A DNA stretch of 64,000 nt from a virus. Lineage: Duplodnaviria; Caudoviricetes. The stretch lies in the IMG/VR virus record IMGVR_UViG_3300020365_000001; one strand, 5' to 3'. The notes under the pieces were generated by a model. It did not search any database, was not told where the DNA came from, and saw nothing but the letters and a program-made list of their open reading frames with translations. Positions 43,819 through 55,000 of this stretch are shown here, piece by piece. Both the position numbers and the translations under genes were made by a program. Position 1 is the stretch's first letter; the number at the start of each line of letters is the position of its first letter.

Positions 43819-45879
43819 TTAGACCTCAGTCAAAGCAATCTTGTACTTCTTGCCTGTAATATTGTTGATCATATAGATGTTTTCATCACCTTCTTGCAAC
43901 GTCCAGTTGCCTTCAGTTCCATCTACATCATTACCACCTGAACCAACATTACTGAAGTGCATGTCAGAAGTGTAGACATTTGCCCAGCGAGAACCAGTTG
44001 CACCCAGATCACGTGTGCCATTAGCATCTGGCAGCATGTTACCATTCAAGGTAATATCACCAACTGAGATGCTAGGAGTACCAGTCAATCCAGTAGCATC
44101 ACCGGCGAATGTACCAGCAGTCAGAACATTTGTTCCGGGGTTGTATGTAAGGTCAGTATCAGTTCTAAGTGCCTCACTACCAGTTGCAGTATCTACAAAG
44201 GTAAAGTAGTGAACAGCATTTGTAGTATTGGTAGGAACCAACACACTGACAGCAGATGGAAGATTGGTTAGATTGGAACCATCACCATGAAATTCAAAAG
44301 CAGTTACAATACCACTAGTATGGAGGTTCTGTGTGATGGCACCAGCAGTGTCACCAACAATAATGTCACCATCCTTGACAGGGAGGATAGTAGTTACATT
44401 ACCACTATACTCAGAGTGTGGTGCTGCCTGGACTCTAGTATAATGAGCGTTACTAACCTCACAGTAGTAATCAATACGACCAGGAGTGCTATCACTACTA
44501 CGAATCTCAAGCAGATTAGTTACGGTAGAGACACCCGCAGCATTGATAGTACCAGTTACGTTACCAGTCAGAGGACCAATAAACTCGTCCGCAGTAGCAG
44601 TTCCGTCAACATCAATACCATTAGTGGTAGTTTCAAATTTCTTCAGAGAATTATGATACAGTTCTACACCGCCATTCTGCACAAAACTAGCAGAAGATTC
44701 GGTGCCATTTGCCTGAATATAGACCGATTTACCTTTTAGATAGATGTCCTCAGAATTACCACCATCAAGGATATTATCACTTCCATCATGATAGATCTCT
44801 AAATCATCAGTTCCAAAGATAAGTTTATTAGTTCCGCTAACTTCAACATTACCATTGAATGTAGAGATACCACTAATAAGTAAGTTGGTGCTATTCAGAT
44901 ATGTTGCAGTAGAAACACCTGGTGCATTCAGGTTACCATCAAATCCAAATGATCCAGCAGGTGCTACGAAACCTGAGTTTGTGGTAACAATACCAGTGAT
45001 CATCAGGGTTGTTCCCATCAACTGGGAAATCGTAGAGACACCACTAGAATTGAGGTTACCATCAACAGATTTGGTGGCAGTAACAAAACCAGCATTTACA
45101 TCACCAGTTACATCACCGGTGAGGTTACCATCTACATCACCCTCCAGATCACCATAGAAATTGGTGGCAGTTACTGCTGTACCTGCTAAGTTACCCTTGA
45201 ACTGTACACCAGCAGTAACAATACCAGTAGCATTTACATGCTCAAACCGTCCTGTTACACCAATAGAAGCAATACCAACTGTTACCTGACTTACAGTAAG
45301 ACCAGCACCAATGCGGAAGGTAGAAACATTTCCAAATGCTTCGGTACCATCAGCATTCTGCATCGTAGAACGTGCATCTGCTGCTGAGAATATAGTTACA
45401 ACACCCGCTCTACCAGGTTCAGGGTAGAATGACAGACCAGCACCCACCTTGATAGTGGTAATACCAGTTGCACGTACAAATTCGTCAGCGTCTGCAATCG
45501 ATAGAGTTGATTTCTCTACAAATACAGTGGCAACACCAACCTCAACACCACCAAAAGTTTGTTTGGTTTGTTCAACGTTGATACCATTACCAACAAAGTT
45601 GAATCTAGTAACAGATCCAGCATATCCCGTTGGAGTAATACCCTCATCGGATACTGTCAATCCTGAGGCAGTACCAGAAGGAGATCCACTCGGTTCTGCC
45701 CAATATCTTTCGCCAGTAACAGTACCATAAAGGACATGGTTATTGTCCGAAGGCAAACCCAGGTTAGGTTCCGCCTCCTCGATTCCAAGGAAGGATGGAA
45801 ACCCAGGAGTTTGTTGACGTTCTGTGGAAAGTCCCGCGTAGGAAGTAACACCTACACGTCCAGACAATAATCTTGGCAT
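43819..45879 (-). CDS. Tail fibre protein
   Basis: 686 aa; GIVTA repeats, KKFETT, C-terminal RDLG..RWANVYT..NDVDGTEGNWTLQEG. Confidence 0.8.
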   Translation of the reverse strand: MPRLLSGRVGVTSYAGLSTERQQTPGFPSFLGIEEAEPNLGLPSDNNHVLYGTVTGERYWAEPSGSPSGTASGLTVSDEGITPTGYAGSVTRFNFVGNGINVEQTKQTFGGVEVGVATVFVEKSTLSIADADEFVRATGITTIKVGAGLSFYPEPGRAGVVTIFSAADARSTMQNADGTEAFGNVSTFRIGAGLTVSQVTVGIASIGVTGRFEHVNATGIVTAGVQFKGNLAGTAVTATNFYGDLEGDVDGNLTGDVTGDVNAGFVTATKSVDGNLNSSGVSTISQLMGTTLMITGIVTTNSGFVAPAGSFGFDGNLNAPGVSTATYLNSTNLLISGISTFNGNVEVSGTNKLIFGTDDLEIYHDGSDNILDGGNSEDIYLKGKSVYIQANGTESSASFVQNGGVELYHNSLKKFETTTNGIDVDGTATADEFIGPLTGNVTGTINAAGVSTVTNLLEIRSSDSTPGRIDYYCEVSNAHYTRVQAAPHSEYSGNVTTILPVKDGDIIVGDTAGAITQNLHTSGIVTAFEFHGDGSNLTNLPSAVSVLVPTNTTNAVHYFTFVDTATGSEALRTDTDLTYNPGTNVLTAGTFAGDATGLTGTPSISVGDITLNGNMLPDANGTRDLGATGSRWANVYTSDMHFSNVGSGGNDVDGTEGNWTLQEGDENIYMINNITGKKYKIALTEV

Positions 45880-45880
45880 C

Positions 45881-46219
45881 TTACTTAGCGTTTTCTAGAA
45901 TAGAAATAATACACTTCATAGTGTTATTTTGATCTCCCTCAATTTTGAGGATGTCACCCGTCTCCATAACAAGACGACCGTCAATAAATGACATAGCGTC
46001 CTGATGGGGAACACGTGCAGAACGTACCAGTTCAGTATCAACGGAGTCTCTGCTGTGCTTTACAGTAAAAGAAGTAACAGAAGATCCTTGGCCGACGTTA
46101 GCAACGTTGCCATAAATCACCAGAGCAGCAACACCAGGAGGGCAAGTATAAATGCCAACAGCTGCATCAGTGATAGTATGCGTGATCGTTCTAAATTTAT
46201 TGAGTGGGATTGCAGCCAT
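45881..46219 (-). CDS. Small virion structural protein
   Basis: 112 aa; LNKFRT, YTCPPG, GRLVMETGD, ISILE. Confidence 0.75.
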   Translation of the reverse strand: MAAIPLNKFRTITHTITDAAVGIYTCPPGVAALVIYGNVANVGQGSSVTSFTVKHSRDSVDTELVRSARVPHQDAMSFIDGRLVMETGDILKIEGDQNNTMKCIISILENAK

Positions 46220-46220
46220 T

Positions 46221-48878
46221 TTACATCTGTCCTCCTAAGGAAATAATCAGCGGCGTGAGTGTTGCTTGGATACTCTTATTGAAAGCGTCTCCAGTAATGG
46301 TACCTGTTTGTTGATTGATAGTAAAACCATCACCGACTTTCAGGTTACCTCTTTCGTCAGTGGACGTGTAAACAACTCTACCTCCACCCTCAGAAACAGT
46401 TTCGTTTTCCGGAATCGTAACACCACCATTTCTAGGTAGTGCATTGGCGATAGTAAGACCAGCACCAACAAATTCAAAGGTGTACGATGATGCGAGAATC
46501 AATGATTGTCGCTGGAACGGAACTGCTGACCCAAGACCGACCGTTGCCGGTAGATTCTGGTCAATAGTAATCGTCGAAACGCCAGCAGTTACCGGCGTAG
46601 CAGTATTTATGGTAAAATAAGCAGGTCCAATCTCAGAATTAGCAGCAGCAGTCGTTCCTGAGTTAGGAGATGCAATCTGCACAGATGGTGTGCTGCGATA
46701 TTGATTACCTGTTGCAAAGATATTGACAGCAGTAACCTGTCCAAATCCATTGACAACTGCCACACCCTCAGCAGTTGCACCGTTCGGTCCAGTAGGAGGT
46801 GCAATGGTAACTTTTGGAGGATTGGAAGAAGTATAACCACTACCAGCGTTGGTTACATTGATCTTGATAACTTCATTGAACAACTCTCCCAGGTAAAGCA
46901 CCTGACCAGAGTAAGGACGTTCAGTAAGACCAGATACCACAATAGTATTGTCTTCCTCAACCGCATCTTCTGCCAGCGTGCCAGAGTTGGTGACAGTACC
47001 CACACCGGATGCTACGATACCAAAGGTACCGAACGATGCGTTAGAGTTGTTCAGGTCACACTGACCACCACTGACGCAGGAGATAGCATACTCATCACAC
47101 ACGGTGAAGATAGACACCAACTGTGCATAACCATCGTTGGAGATCGTAACACCGATACCACCCTGATTATATTGTGTGTATGAGTCAACCACCATGGACT
47201 TGGTGCCATCAGCATGGTCACCATTGATCCTCATACCAATACTATCAGGAACAAAGTTCGTGCAGTTCCTTACATATGGGGACTGAGTGATGATACCAGC
47301 AATTCTTGCATGACTACCAGCATCACCCACGTTGATCGTGAAGGTGTCAGTGGTAACAGCAGTGATCGCAGTCATGATGCCAGCAACATGATCACTAGCA
47401 CGGGGATACTTGTGGTCAGTTGCAAAATTGTCCGCCTCACACTGGAATGTCAGACTAGATGTGACAATACCTACACTGTCACTGACGCTGAGACCATGAC
47501 CTGCTACTGTAACAGTGCTAACACCACTGATAGGATCATACAAGAACGCAGTAGGTGTCAAGGATGAACCAGTGTGCCAGTTAGGTCCAATCTTGATACT
47601 GTTGACACTCTTGACAACACCGACGCTCAATGTGATAGTATCGGTGGTGACAGAATCAATGTCTACAAAAGTATTATATGCGGGGTCACCTGATCTAGGA
47701 TATGCTACCTGCTTGTTATGGTTGTCAGAGTCGCAAGTAAAGGTCAGTGCACCGTTAGCGATCTTGATCCGATCAGTGTCGGCAACACCGTGACCAGCAC
47801 TGGTAAGGACTAGTGCACCAGAAATAGGATTGTATGTAGCGGCAGTTACAGTTTTCTGAGCACTATTAGACTCTACTGTAAATGCATTAGAAACAGTGCC
47901 ACCAACGTAGGTGTGAGTACCATTGTCTCGGTTGAATCTATGACGGTTTGGTACACCTTCCGGCGGGAAGGTGATCATGGCACCAGTGTTAGCAGCACCC
48001 ACAAATGACATGTTCTGAATCAGAACACCATTGTGAACTTGGAAAAGATCTTGACTGACATTGTTAGGGATAACCTGAGTGTTGCGAAGGTCATCGCCGT
48101 CGATTGAAACATTACGAGGAACAAAGATAGGATTGTCCTCGCGGTATATACCACCAGCGACACGGATCACATCACCAGCACCCACAATCGCAGTGGTTGC
48201 TTTGATGGTACGCTTGGCAGTGCTCAGAGTTTTGCCATCATTAGCATCATCACCATCTTCTGCAACGTAGAATACGTTCAGGGTGGAAGCACCAGCGCCA
48301 ACCCATTGCAGTTTGCCAGAAGAGGTTGCTGCAAGGACAGAAGCAGCAGCACCAACAGTGCTGTTAGAGTCACGCCACACACCACTGGCGCGAGTCTCCA
48401 GAGTGATGTCTAACGCATACTCTGGTTGCGTGCTACCAATACCGACCCGCTGATTATCCTCTCGGTAGGTAAGTTTCGGGGAACCACCAAACTTACCGTT
48501 CGTTTTCTTATACTGTACATCATAAATGTTGCCAGCAGCATCTGTCTCAATCTCAGCGAGATCAGTCCAAGATACAGCAGTTCCCACACTAATCAGTGCT
48601 TGACCGTTATTACCAGCACTTTCATTAGCATCATATAATCGTTTTCGTACGATTACATCTTTATTGAAATCAACATCCTTACCAGGTTGAGTTGAACCGA
48701 TGCCAACTTGACCAGCGGCAACAATGCCATCGAAGTTTGCTGTAGGTTGAACATCTAAACCGTAAGCGGGATTGGTTTTACCAATACCCGTACGGTTATT
48801 ATCAGCATCAACAACTAGTGCGTCGTCTCCAACCTCAAGTCCCTTCTCAATGCCAAATTTCTTGTTTACCGCTGCCAT
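46221..48878 (-). CDS. Virion/tail protein with pectin-lyase-like beta-helix
   Basis: 885 aa; YVAEDGDDANDG...TIKA...GIYRE, QSPYVRNCT, SMVVDSYTQ; ATAAATA at 48904-48910. Confidence 0.75.
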   Translation of the reverse strand: MAAVNKKFGIEKGLEVGDDALVVDADNNRTGIGKTNPAYGLDVQPTANFDGIVAAGQVGIGSTQPGKDVDFNKDVIVRKRLYDANESAGNNGQALISVGTAVSWTDLAEIETDAAGNIYDVQYKKTNGKFGGSPKLTYREDNQRVGIGSTQPEYALDITLETRASGVWRDSNSTVGAAASVLAATSSGKLQWVGAGASTLNVFYVAEDGDDANDGKTLSTAKRTIKATTAIVGAGDVIRVAGGIYREDNPIFVPRNVSIDGDDLRNTQVIPNNVSQDLFQVHNGVLIQNMSFVGAANTGAMITFPPEGVPNRHRFNRDNGTHTYVGGTVSNAFTVESNSAQKTVTAATYNPISGALVLTSAGHGVADTDRIKIANGALTFTCDSDNHNKQVAYPRSGDPAYNTFVDIDSVTTDTITLSVGVVKSVNSIKIGPNWHTGSSLTPTAFLYDPISGVSTVTVAGHGLSVSDSVGIVTSSLTFQCEADNFATDHKYPRASDHVAGIMTAITAVTTDTFTINVGDAGSHARIAGIITQSPYVRNCTNFVPDSIGMRINGDHADGTKSMVVDSYTQYNQGGIGVTISNDGYAQLVSIFTVCDEYAISCVSGGQCDLNNSNASFGTFGIVASGVGTVTNSGTLAEDAVEEDNTIVVSGLTERPYSGQVLYLGELFNEVIKINVTNAGSGYTSSNPPKVTIAPPTGPNGATAEGVAVVNGFGQVTAVNIFATGNQYRSTPSVQIASPNSGTTAAANSEIGPAYFTINTATPVTAGVSTITIDQNLPATVGLGSAVPFQRQSLILASSYTFEFVGAGLTIANALPRNGGVTIPENETVSEGGGRVVYTSTDERGNLKVGDGFTINQQTGTITGDAFNKSIQATLTPLIISLGGQM

Positions 48879-48909
48879 TTACAACAAGACTCCTGTATAA
48901 GGTTATTTA

Positions 48910-51900
48910 TCAAGCAGTACGCATAATGAAAGCGAGAACATAATATGGGGGCATGTTTGCACCAGACCCACTTACACCTTCATTAGCAATCGCAGTAGTC
49001 GTAGCGGTGGCAACTGTGATACCAGTGGTCTCGGTGCTAGATGTCATCGTCCGCGTGTTTGGGTTGTCTGATCTATCATTCAAGGTGTTACCATCATTAT
49101 TATCATCATTATGAGAATCGAAGGTGTGTGCGTGACCGGGATCAGTAACTGTAGATGTAGAGGTCGATGTTGCGGTGTGATCGTGTTGAACAACCACAGC
49201 ATCAGCACTACCACCAGTTGTACCAGCGGTGTATGTGTCACCCGAAGACAACACAAATCGATCCTTCAGGTTAGGAGTATTGTTGTTGCCATCACAGAGT
49301 GCCCATCCAGAAGGAACACTACCTCCACTCCACATGATGATACCACCAATAGGAGTAATACCATTACCAGAGAAGGTGTCAGCAGTACATGTACCACCCA
49401 CAGTAGCATTATTGGTAACAGAAAGAGTATTAGCAGTCAGAGTGTTACCACTGAATGTAAGACCACTATTGTCTTCCAGTTCTCCAGATGCACCAACAAT
49501 AACAACGCGAGATGTCGTCAGATCGCTGACCTTTGCACTACCAACAACAGCAGTATTAGATGTAAAGTCAGCACTAACAGACAGATCACCAGTCAGTGCA
49601 CTGTCACCGGTGACTGCGAGTGCGTTAGAACCAGCAGATGCAGCACCCAGGGCAAGTTTGTCGAAGGCGAAATGATCTGTTTGATCAACAGTGATAGGAC
49701 CAAATCGCTTCCAAGGTTGAGAAGAATCAGTGGTACGAACCCAACCGATGTATCCTCCCTTTTCAAATGTGGTGTTCAGAATGATCTGATCCGTGCTGGA
49801 TGTGGGAGCAGTTTGATTGCTACCATTGATACCAACAAATACGCTGGTGCCAACATCACCACTACGATTACCCTTCAGTTGAATATCAACCAAAGAACTA
49901 TTGCCAAGACTGTAGAAGTTTTGCTTGACAGTCAGGTCATTGAAGTCAACCGCAGGAGGAATCTCCGTTGCCAGAGTGGTATCAAAAGCATTGATAGTGA
50001 ACTTCTCTTCACCAGTCAGAGCATCAATCTTCTTACGACCGATGAAGTATTCGCCCCGGTCATTCATACCAGAGTAAACAACACTACCACCGCGAGAAGA
50101 TACAGACTGGGCAAGCAGTTGCTGCTTATCATCCAGGACACGATCTTGCGTCTGGGGCAAGGCAGTGCTATAGTTACCAGGTCCGTAACCAACATACTCA
50201 AAGGTGTGTCCAGAAGCGCGGATCACACTGTGACGACGCTGCTCAACAGGCAGAACTTTGATCTTGACAGCGGCAGAATACTGGTTGTGTGCTTCTGGGT
50301 TGGTGCCCAAACAACCACGGATGATTCCATTCTTCGCGTTGTTTGAGATACGAACAATCTCATTCTCAATCTGAAGATAATCACCGCGACGGATCTTATT
50401 GTTATCTTGCAGAGTAATACTAGTGGAACTAGTTGTAAGACCAGAACTAATCTCAGTCGTTACACCACCATAGATGGAGATCGTTTGTCCTTTAGAACGG
50501 TTGCTGATACCAGCACTGTGTGCAATACAGTTAGGACCGTTGAAGTTAGGTGATGTCGCTGACGGGATAGAAACTGTCAGAGAAGAACCATAACCGATGC
50601 GATCCAGGACAGCAAACTGACCATTGTAGACACTGTTAGCACCACTGATAACAATCTCATCACCACGACGCAGACCGATGTCACGGTTCATCGTGATCGT
50701 TGCGATTCCGCTAGAAGAATCGTGGACAATGTTGGAGACCGCAGTGGCAATACCCACGTGGTAAACAAAACCACCAGTGGATGCAGCAGACACGGTGCCT
50801 TCATACATCAGGATCTTAGGATCCGTTACATTGGTAATTCTTTGCAGACCATTGTACGCAGTGCTAGTAACACCGACCACCTGAATAACATCACCAACGT
50901 TGTTATCAATCTCAGTGACTGTAACAGTTGCATCAGTTCCAGATGCAGAGAAAGGAACACCTTTGACTGTCAGAACATCGTTGACACTGTATCCAGAACC
51001 AAAGTCAACAACATCGAGCGAGGAGATAACACCGGCAGCAGCAACAGTAACATCAGCAGTTGCACCTTTACCAGTACCACCCTCAAGGTTGACACTGAAG
51101 TAGAACTCAGCGTTACCTGATCCGGTACCCAGGTTGCTACCACCAGTCAGACTTCCTACAGTCTTGATGCTGTTGAAACCGTGCTCAACTGTAAAGTTAG
51201 CACTGATGTCAGTACCAGAGACAGTTGCTTCAGTGACACCAATACCGATACCAGTGTCTTCAATAATTGCTAGAGTTGACTCACGGGTGATGCTGTTAGC
51301 ACGGTCGTTAGACTGCACAAATCCGATGTCATCACGCACAGCATAAGATACTGTAGGTTCTGGATCATCTACAGGGTTGTCAACGTCAACGTCAGGACGC
51401 AAGTCATTGATGTTCTGAGCAAACCTATTTTTACCAATGTCATATGGTGACACCTCAGGGATGTTACCATACTCAAGCATCGTCAGGTTGTAAATGCCAT
51501 CCTGAACACCAGACTTGTACTCTTGTACCGTCTGGTGGTTGAAGACCTGATATGCATTACCATAGTCCTTACGAACAAAGTAAGGTGAGAAAGTACGACC
51601 AGATCCAACAACACTCTCATCATGGCGAGTGTATGGAGTTCCTGTGGTAATCGTGCTAATGCCACCGGGGTTGGTGTTCAGTCCAACTCTAAAGGTTTTC
51701 TTGTCATCAATTTGAAGAACTTCAAACAGACCGTTGAAACCAGAGTTATCTGTTCCGTCAGTATTGTTAGTAGATTGCAGACGGTTGATCTCAATGATCT
51801 GTCCACGACGCAGGTTGTGGGAGAACTTAGAGGTGATAACACCAACATTAGAAGACCAGGAAGCGTCAATGATGCTAGTGCCTTGACGCAGATCAATGTC

Positions 51901-54345
51901 ACTAGTCAGGTCAGTGTTATCATTTTTGAATTTATCATCATCAATAACACTGCTAGTATCTTCTAAGGAGTAACCATTTTGTGGAGGTCCAGCAATAGAA
52001 CTACCATCAGGCAGAACATAGCGCAGTTGATAGATTTTTTGGATGTCCTTACGACCGTCACGCTTTCTCTCAATGTAAGACCTAGTAGTCTCAGGTGTGA
52101 TTGCCGTCTGGTTTGCTACAATAGCAGCATGGAGGTTGTTGCCAGTCTTGACAGTGATATACCAACCATTGCTATCATACTGGATAGGATGTCCAGGTTC
52201 TCCAGGTGTCTTATAGCGAACTTCAGAAGTAACAGTGAGACCACCACCCAGGTTGTTGATACCTGTGATGGGGTTGTTTGCAGCAGCATTCTCAGGAGTT
52301 GTGGCGATCCGGATCTGATCGTTTGCTAGAGAGTCTGTAACAACATAGTAGTTGGTATCATACTCAATACCATCAGGAAGAGAACCAGTATCAGAGAAGA
52401 ATCTTACACTTTCCCCAGGGATGAATGTGTGGTTCTCTTGCAGGGTGATGATATTGCTGCTGATGCTACTGATACCTGCATTGGTACCAACCCGGTGCAC
52501 TTTCTTACCAGAAGGTCCAGCACCAGTCAGCACAGTCATCAACACCTCAGCGGTGCGGACAGTACCGTCGATGTTGACCTTCAACAGTTCACCAACTCTC
52601 TGTCCAACGGTGTATACACCGGTGGTTGCTGGAGGAATGCTGTCCCGCTGATTGTAGTCTCTCAGATATAGTTTGGTATCACCGGCAGCAGCAGTTTTAT
52701 CAACATCCAGTTTCAACCAGTTGCTGCTGGTCTCTTGGGTAAAGTCTCTCTGTGCAGGGAGAATACCAGTAATATAACCTTTGTCGTCCTTATTGAAAGC
52801 GTTCTGTTTGAAACCATCTGCCTTCAGAGCTTGTGCCCCGAAGTTAGAGTTAGAGTTAGTAATTGATGCGTCAGAACCTGAGTCACAAATAAAGTGAACA
52901 CCGCAACCCACCGCAAAGGTAGACACCAACTGAAGTTGTGCGCTGTTAGACGCCTTGATGTGAAAACTTTCGTAGGTTGGTTTATGCCGTGCTAAACCGT
53001 CTGTGTGCAGCAGAGTACTAGAACCCAGTGCTGACTGATCTTGGTATGTGCCAGTTGTGGGATTGTATTTTACAAATGCATTATCATCCTTGTTCAAGGA
53101 AACCCCAGTAAACTGGGCAAGCACCATAGATTTGAATCCAGTTGCCTTGGCACCATCAGCATGGAGACCATTGACACCAAACACCGACCGCACAGAGCAG
53201 TTGAAAATGTATGGGGAGGCACTTGTTACAGTGTCACTCTCAACGGTGACCGTAGGAGACAACCCACTAAGGTTAGGTGTAGCAGTGGTAGCAGGTGCAG
53301 TGGTAACACTGTAGGTAAACAGAGTGTCACTCAGAACCTGAGACACAATATGGACACCATCGTACTCGGTGCCATTGACATTGCTATTGCCAGCAACACC
53401 AACAATACTGATGGGAGTACCTACAGAGAGACCATGACTGTCACTGGTAACCACAGAAACTACAGTGGTTGCAGTCGCAGAAGAAGGATTGACACCAGAA
53501 TAGATGTCAGCAATCTCAATAGCACCAACCTGAGAGATAGCACCAACAATACGAGATTCATCAATGACTTTCTCAAAGTCACTGTTAGTGGGATATGATG
53601 GGATTGCCCGACCACTATTGTTACCATATGCCAGACTCAACTTGGCATAGTACATGTCCAGGTCGGTAAGACCCTTACCATCTACCAGGTTCGCACCATC
53701 AGCATACTCAAAGCAAGTGAGTTTGTGGTGGGAGAAGTTTGGAGTATATACGTTTGTTGTATAATCTTTGAAGATCCTATCTGCCGGGTCACCATCAAAC
53801 AGGGTGAACTCTCGGAAGTAGCAACCACCAGTTACTCGGAACAGAGCAGTAGCAGGGATGCTATTGTTAGCAGGATCTGGTACGTATTTCGGTCTAATCT
53901 TAGTCTTACGCAGGTCTGAACCCACGATAGACGTGCCCCGAGGCATGATGACACCACCATGAATCGAGTTGAACTGATAAAGAACGTTGTCGGAACTCTG
54001 GATATTGAAGTTAGAACCAACGGAAAATTCGTTGATACTAACACTACCGCCACTCACATTGGTGGTGCTACCAGAGGTGTCGATCTGGTAACCAGGACGG
54101 TTATCAATATAGTGTACACCAGGTGATACGACAATAGTTGTCTTATCAAACTTATCGTTATCCTTTCCAAGTTGGAATGAGAACCTAGCAGATTCTAGCA
54201 ATGCTCTTTGGATCGTCCTAAACGGGCGAGTCCGTGAGTTGCCAGTATTACTTACGTCATCTGTTGCATCCAGTTCCTCTGGATTGACGTATATAACATT
54301 ACCCTGAATGTTCTTCAGGAAATTTTCAAGTCTACTTAGGGGCAT
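48910..54345 (-). CDS. Large tail fibre/baseplate protein with C-terminal tail-collar domain
   Basis: 1811 aa; PIGGIIMWSG..PSGWALCDG..TPNLKDRF, NMPPYYVLAFIMR; TAAATA at 54375-54380. Confidence 0.8.
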   Translation of the reverse strand: MPLSRLENFLKNIQGNVIYVNPEELDATDDVSNTGNSRTRPFRTIQRALLESARFSFQLGKDNDKFDKTTIVVSPGVHYIDNRPGYQIDTSGSTTNVSGGSVSINEFSVGSNFNIQSSDNVLYQFNSIHGGVIMPRGTSIVGSDLRKTKIRPKYVPDPANNSIPATALFRVTGGCYFREFTLFDGDPADRIFKDYTTNVYTPNFSHHKLTCFEYADGANLVDGKGLTDLDMYYAKLSLAYGNNSGRAIPSYPTNSDFEKVIDESRIVGAISQVGAIEIADIYSGVNPSSATATTVVSVVTSDSHGLSVGTPISIVGVAGNSNVNGTEYDGVHIVSQVLSDTLFTYSVTTAPATTATPNLSGLSPTVTVESDTVTSASPYIFNCSVRSVFGVNGLHADGAKATGFKSMVLAQFTGVSLNKDDNAFVKYNPTTGTYQDQSALGSSTLLHTDGLARHKPTYESFHIKASNSAQLQLVSTFAVGCGVHFICDSGSDASITNSNSNFGAQALKADGFKQNAFNKDDKGYITGILPAQRDFTQETSSNWLKLDVDKTAAAGDTKLYLRDYNQRDSIPPATTGVYTVGQRVGELLKVNIDGTVRTAEVLMTVLTGAGPSGKKVHRVGTNAGISSISSNIITLQENHTFIPGESVRFFSDTGSLPDGIEYDTNYYVVTDSLANDQIRIATTPENAAANNPITGINNLGGGLTVTSEVRYKTPGEPGHPIQYDSNGWYITVKTGNNLHAAIVANQTAITPETTRSYIERKRDGRKDIQKIYQLRYVLPDGSSIAGPPQNGYSLEDTSSVIDDDKFKNDNTDLTSDIDLRQGTSIIDASWSSNVGVITSKFSHNLRRGQIIEINRLQSTNNTDGTDNSGFNGLFEVLQIDDKKTFRVGLNTNPGGISTITTGTPYTRHDESVVGSGRTFSPYFVRKDYGNAYQVFNHQTVQEYKSGVQDGIYNLTMLEYGNIPEVSPYDIGKNRFAQNINDLRPDVDVDNPVDDPEPTVSYAVRDDIGFVQSNDRANSITRESTLAIIEDTGIGIGVTEATVSGTDISANFTVEHGFNSIKTVGSLTGGSNLGTGSGNAEFYFSVNLEGGTGKGATADVTVAAAGVISSLDVVDFGSGYSVNDVLTVKGVPFSASGTDATVTVTEIDNNVGDVIQVVGVTSTAYNGLQRITNVTDPKILMYEGTVSAASTGGFVYHVGIATAVSNIVHDSSSGIATITMNRDIGLRRGDEIVISGANSVYNGQFAVLDRIGYGSSLTVSIPSATSPNFNGPNCIAHSAGISNRSKGQTISIYGGVTTEISSGLTTSSTSITLQDNNKIRRGDYLQIENEIVRISNNAKNGIIRGCLGTNPEAHNQYSAAVKIKVLPVEQRRHSVIRASGHTFEYVGYGPGNYSTALPQTQDRVLDDKQQLLAQSVSSRGGSVVYSGMNDRGEYFIGRKKIDALTGEEKFTINAFDTTLATEIPPAVDFNDLTVKQNFYSLGNSSLVDIQLKGNRSGDVGTSVFVGINGSNQTAPTSSTDQIILNTTFEKGGYIGWVRTTDSSQPWKRFGPITVDQTDHFAFDKLALGAASAGSNALAVTGDSALTGDLSVSADFTSNTAVVGSAKVSDLTTSRVVIVGASGELEDNSGLTFSGNTLTANTLSVTNNATVGGTCTADTFSGNGITPIGGIIMWSGGSVPSGWALCDGNNNTPNLKDRFVLSSGDTYTAGTTGGSADAVVVQHDHTATSTSTSTVTDPGHAHTFDSHNDDNNDGNTLNDRSDNPNTRTMTSSTETTGITVATATTTAIANEGVSGSGANMPPYYVLAFIMRTA

Positions 54346-54377
54346 TACCTATTCCAGACACCATTCCTTCAGACTAT

Positions 54378-54488
54378 TTAGGGACCGTCATTATTATGTT
54401 TTCGGTAAAGGAGATCCCAAATATCGGTGTCTTCCTCAGGTGGTTCCGGAGGTTTGGGTTCTTCTGCTTTTTTGTCCTCTTCTGGCAT
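54378..54488 (-). CDS. Hypothetical 36-aa protein
   Basis: Not in track; MPEEDKKAEEPKPPEPPEEDTDIWDLLYR; TGATG overlap. Confidence 0.4.
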   Translation of the reverse strand: MPEEDKKAEEPKPPEPPEEDTDIWDLLYRKHNNDGP

Positions 54489-54694
54489 CAGGAATAAACT
54501 AGTTCAATTTCCTCGTCAAGTTGGAGTGCAGTGTTAGTCAGTGTCCAAACGCTCATGAACTGATCTACGGTTTCGCATTCAAGTTCTTGAACTCCTCCGG
54601 CAGAACCATAGATGGTAAAGTATCGTCCGGGGATGTTGATTTCAACTTTGGTGACGTGCTGGTCATCTGTCCAGGTATCAACGTCGAAAGTCAT
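54488..54694 (-). CDS. Hypothetical protein (68 aa)
   Basis: Start at MTFDVD; ECETVDQFMSV. Confidence 0.7.
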   Translation of the reverse strand: MTFDVDTWTDDQHVTKVEINIPGRYFTIYGSAGGVQELECETVDQFMSVWTLTNTALQLDEEIELVYS

Positions 54695-54735
54695 GTGTTG
54701 GATGCGATTGAAACCATTATACCCTACCAGGCGTC

Positions 54736-54966
54736 TCAAAGCAAGTCTGCTGTGACAGTAAAGTAAGCGTTTATGACGCCACCACCGCTATTGCGGATTA
54801 CGACAGACTTACCGTAAGGCATGGCATGCACAAACAGTTCTTGGAAAACAGTTCTGGGGGTGAGTTGAACGTGGATAGTGTCTACGTCAATCTTACCGCT
54901 CCAGTCTTCAGGGAGATCAATAATCCCATCAACGGTCACTGTGCCGCGAAATTCAACGTTGTTCAT
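54736..54966 (-). CDS. Small protein paralogous to the C-terminal domain of 55001-55822
   Basis: FRG..IDLPEDW..IHVQLTP..QELFV. Confidence 0.7.
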   Translation of the reverse strand: MNNVEFRGTVTVDGIIDLPEDWSGKIDVDTIHVQLTPRTVFQELFVHAMPYGKSVVIRNSGGGVINAYFTVTADLL

Positions 54967-55000
54967 AATAAAGACTCCGTGTACTATGTATTATAGCACG

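Noticed and set aside
38198-45879. Diversity-generating retroelement acting on fibres
   Set aside because: No RT and no non-coding template repeat with adenine-specific mismatches was seen; the repeats are in-frame coding units.
49111-50346. 411-aa plus-strand ORF and many other antisense ORFs in the track
   Set aside because: They are shadows of long minus-strand structural genes with no motifs. Codon bias, and possibly TTAA avoidance, reduces antisense stops.
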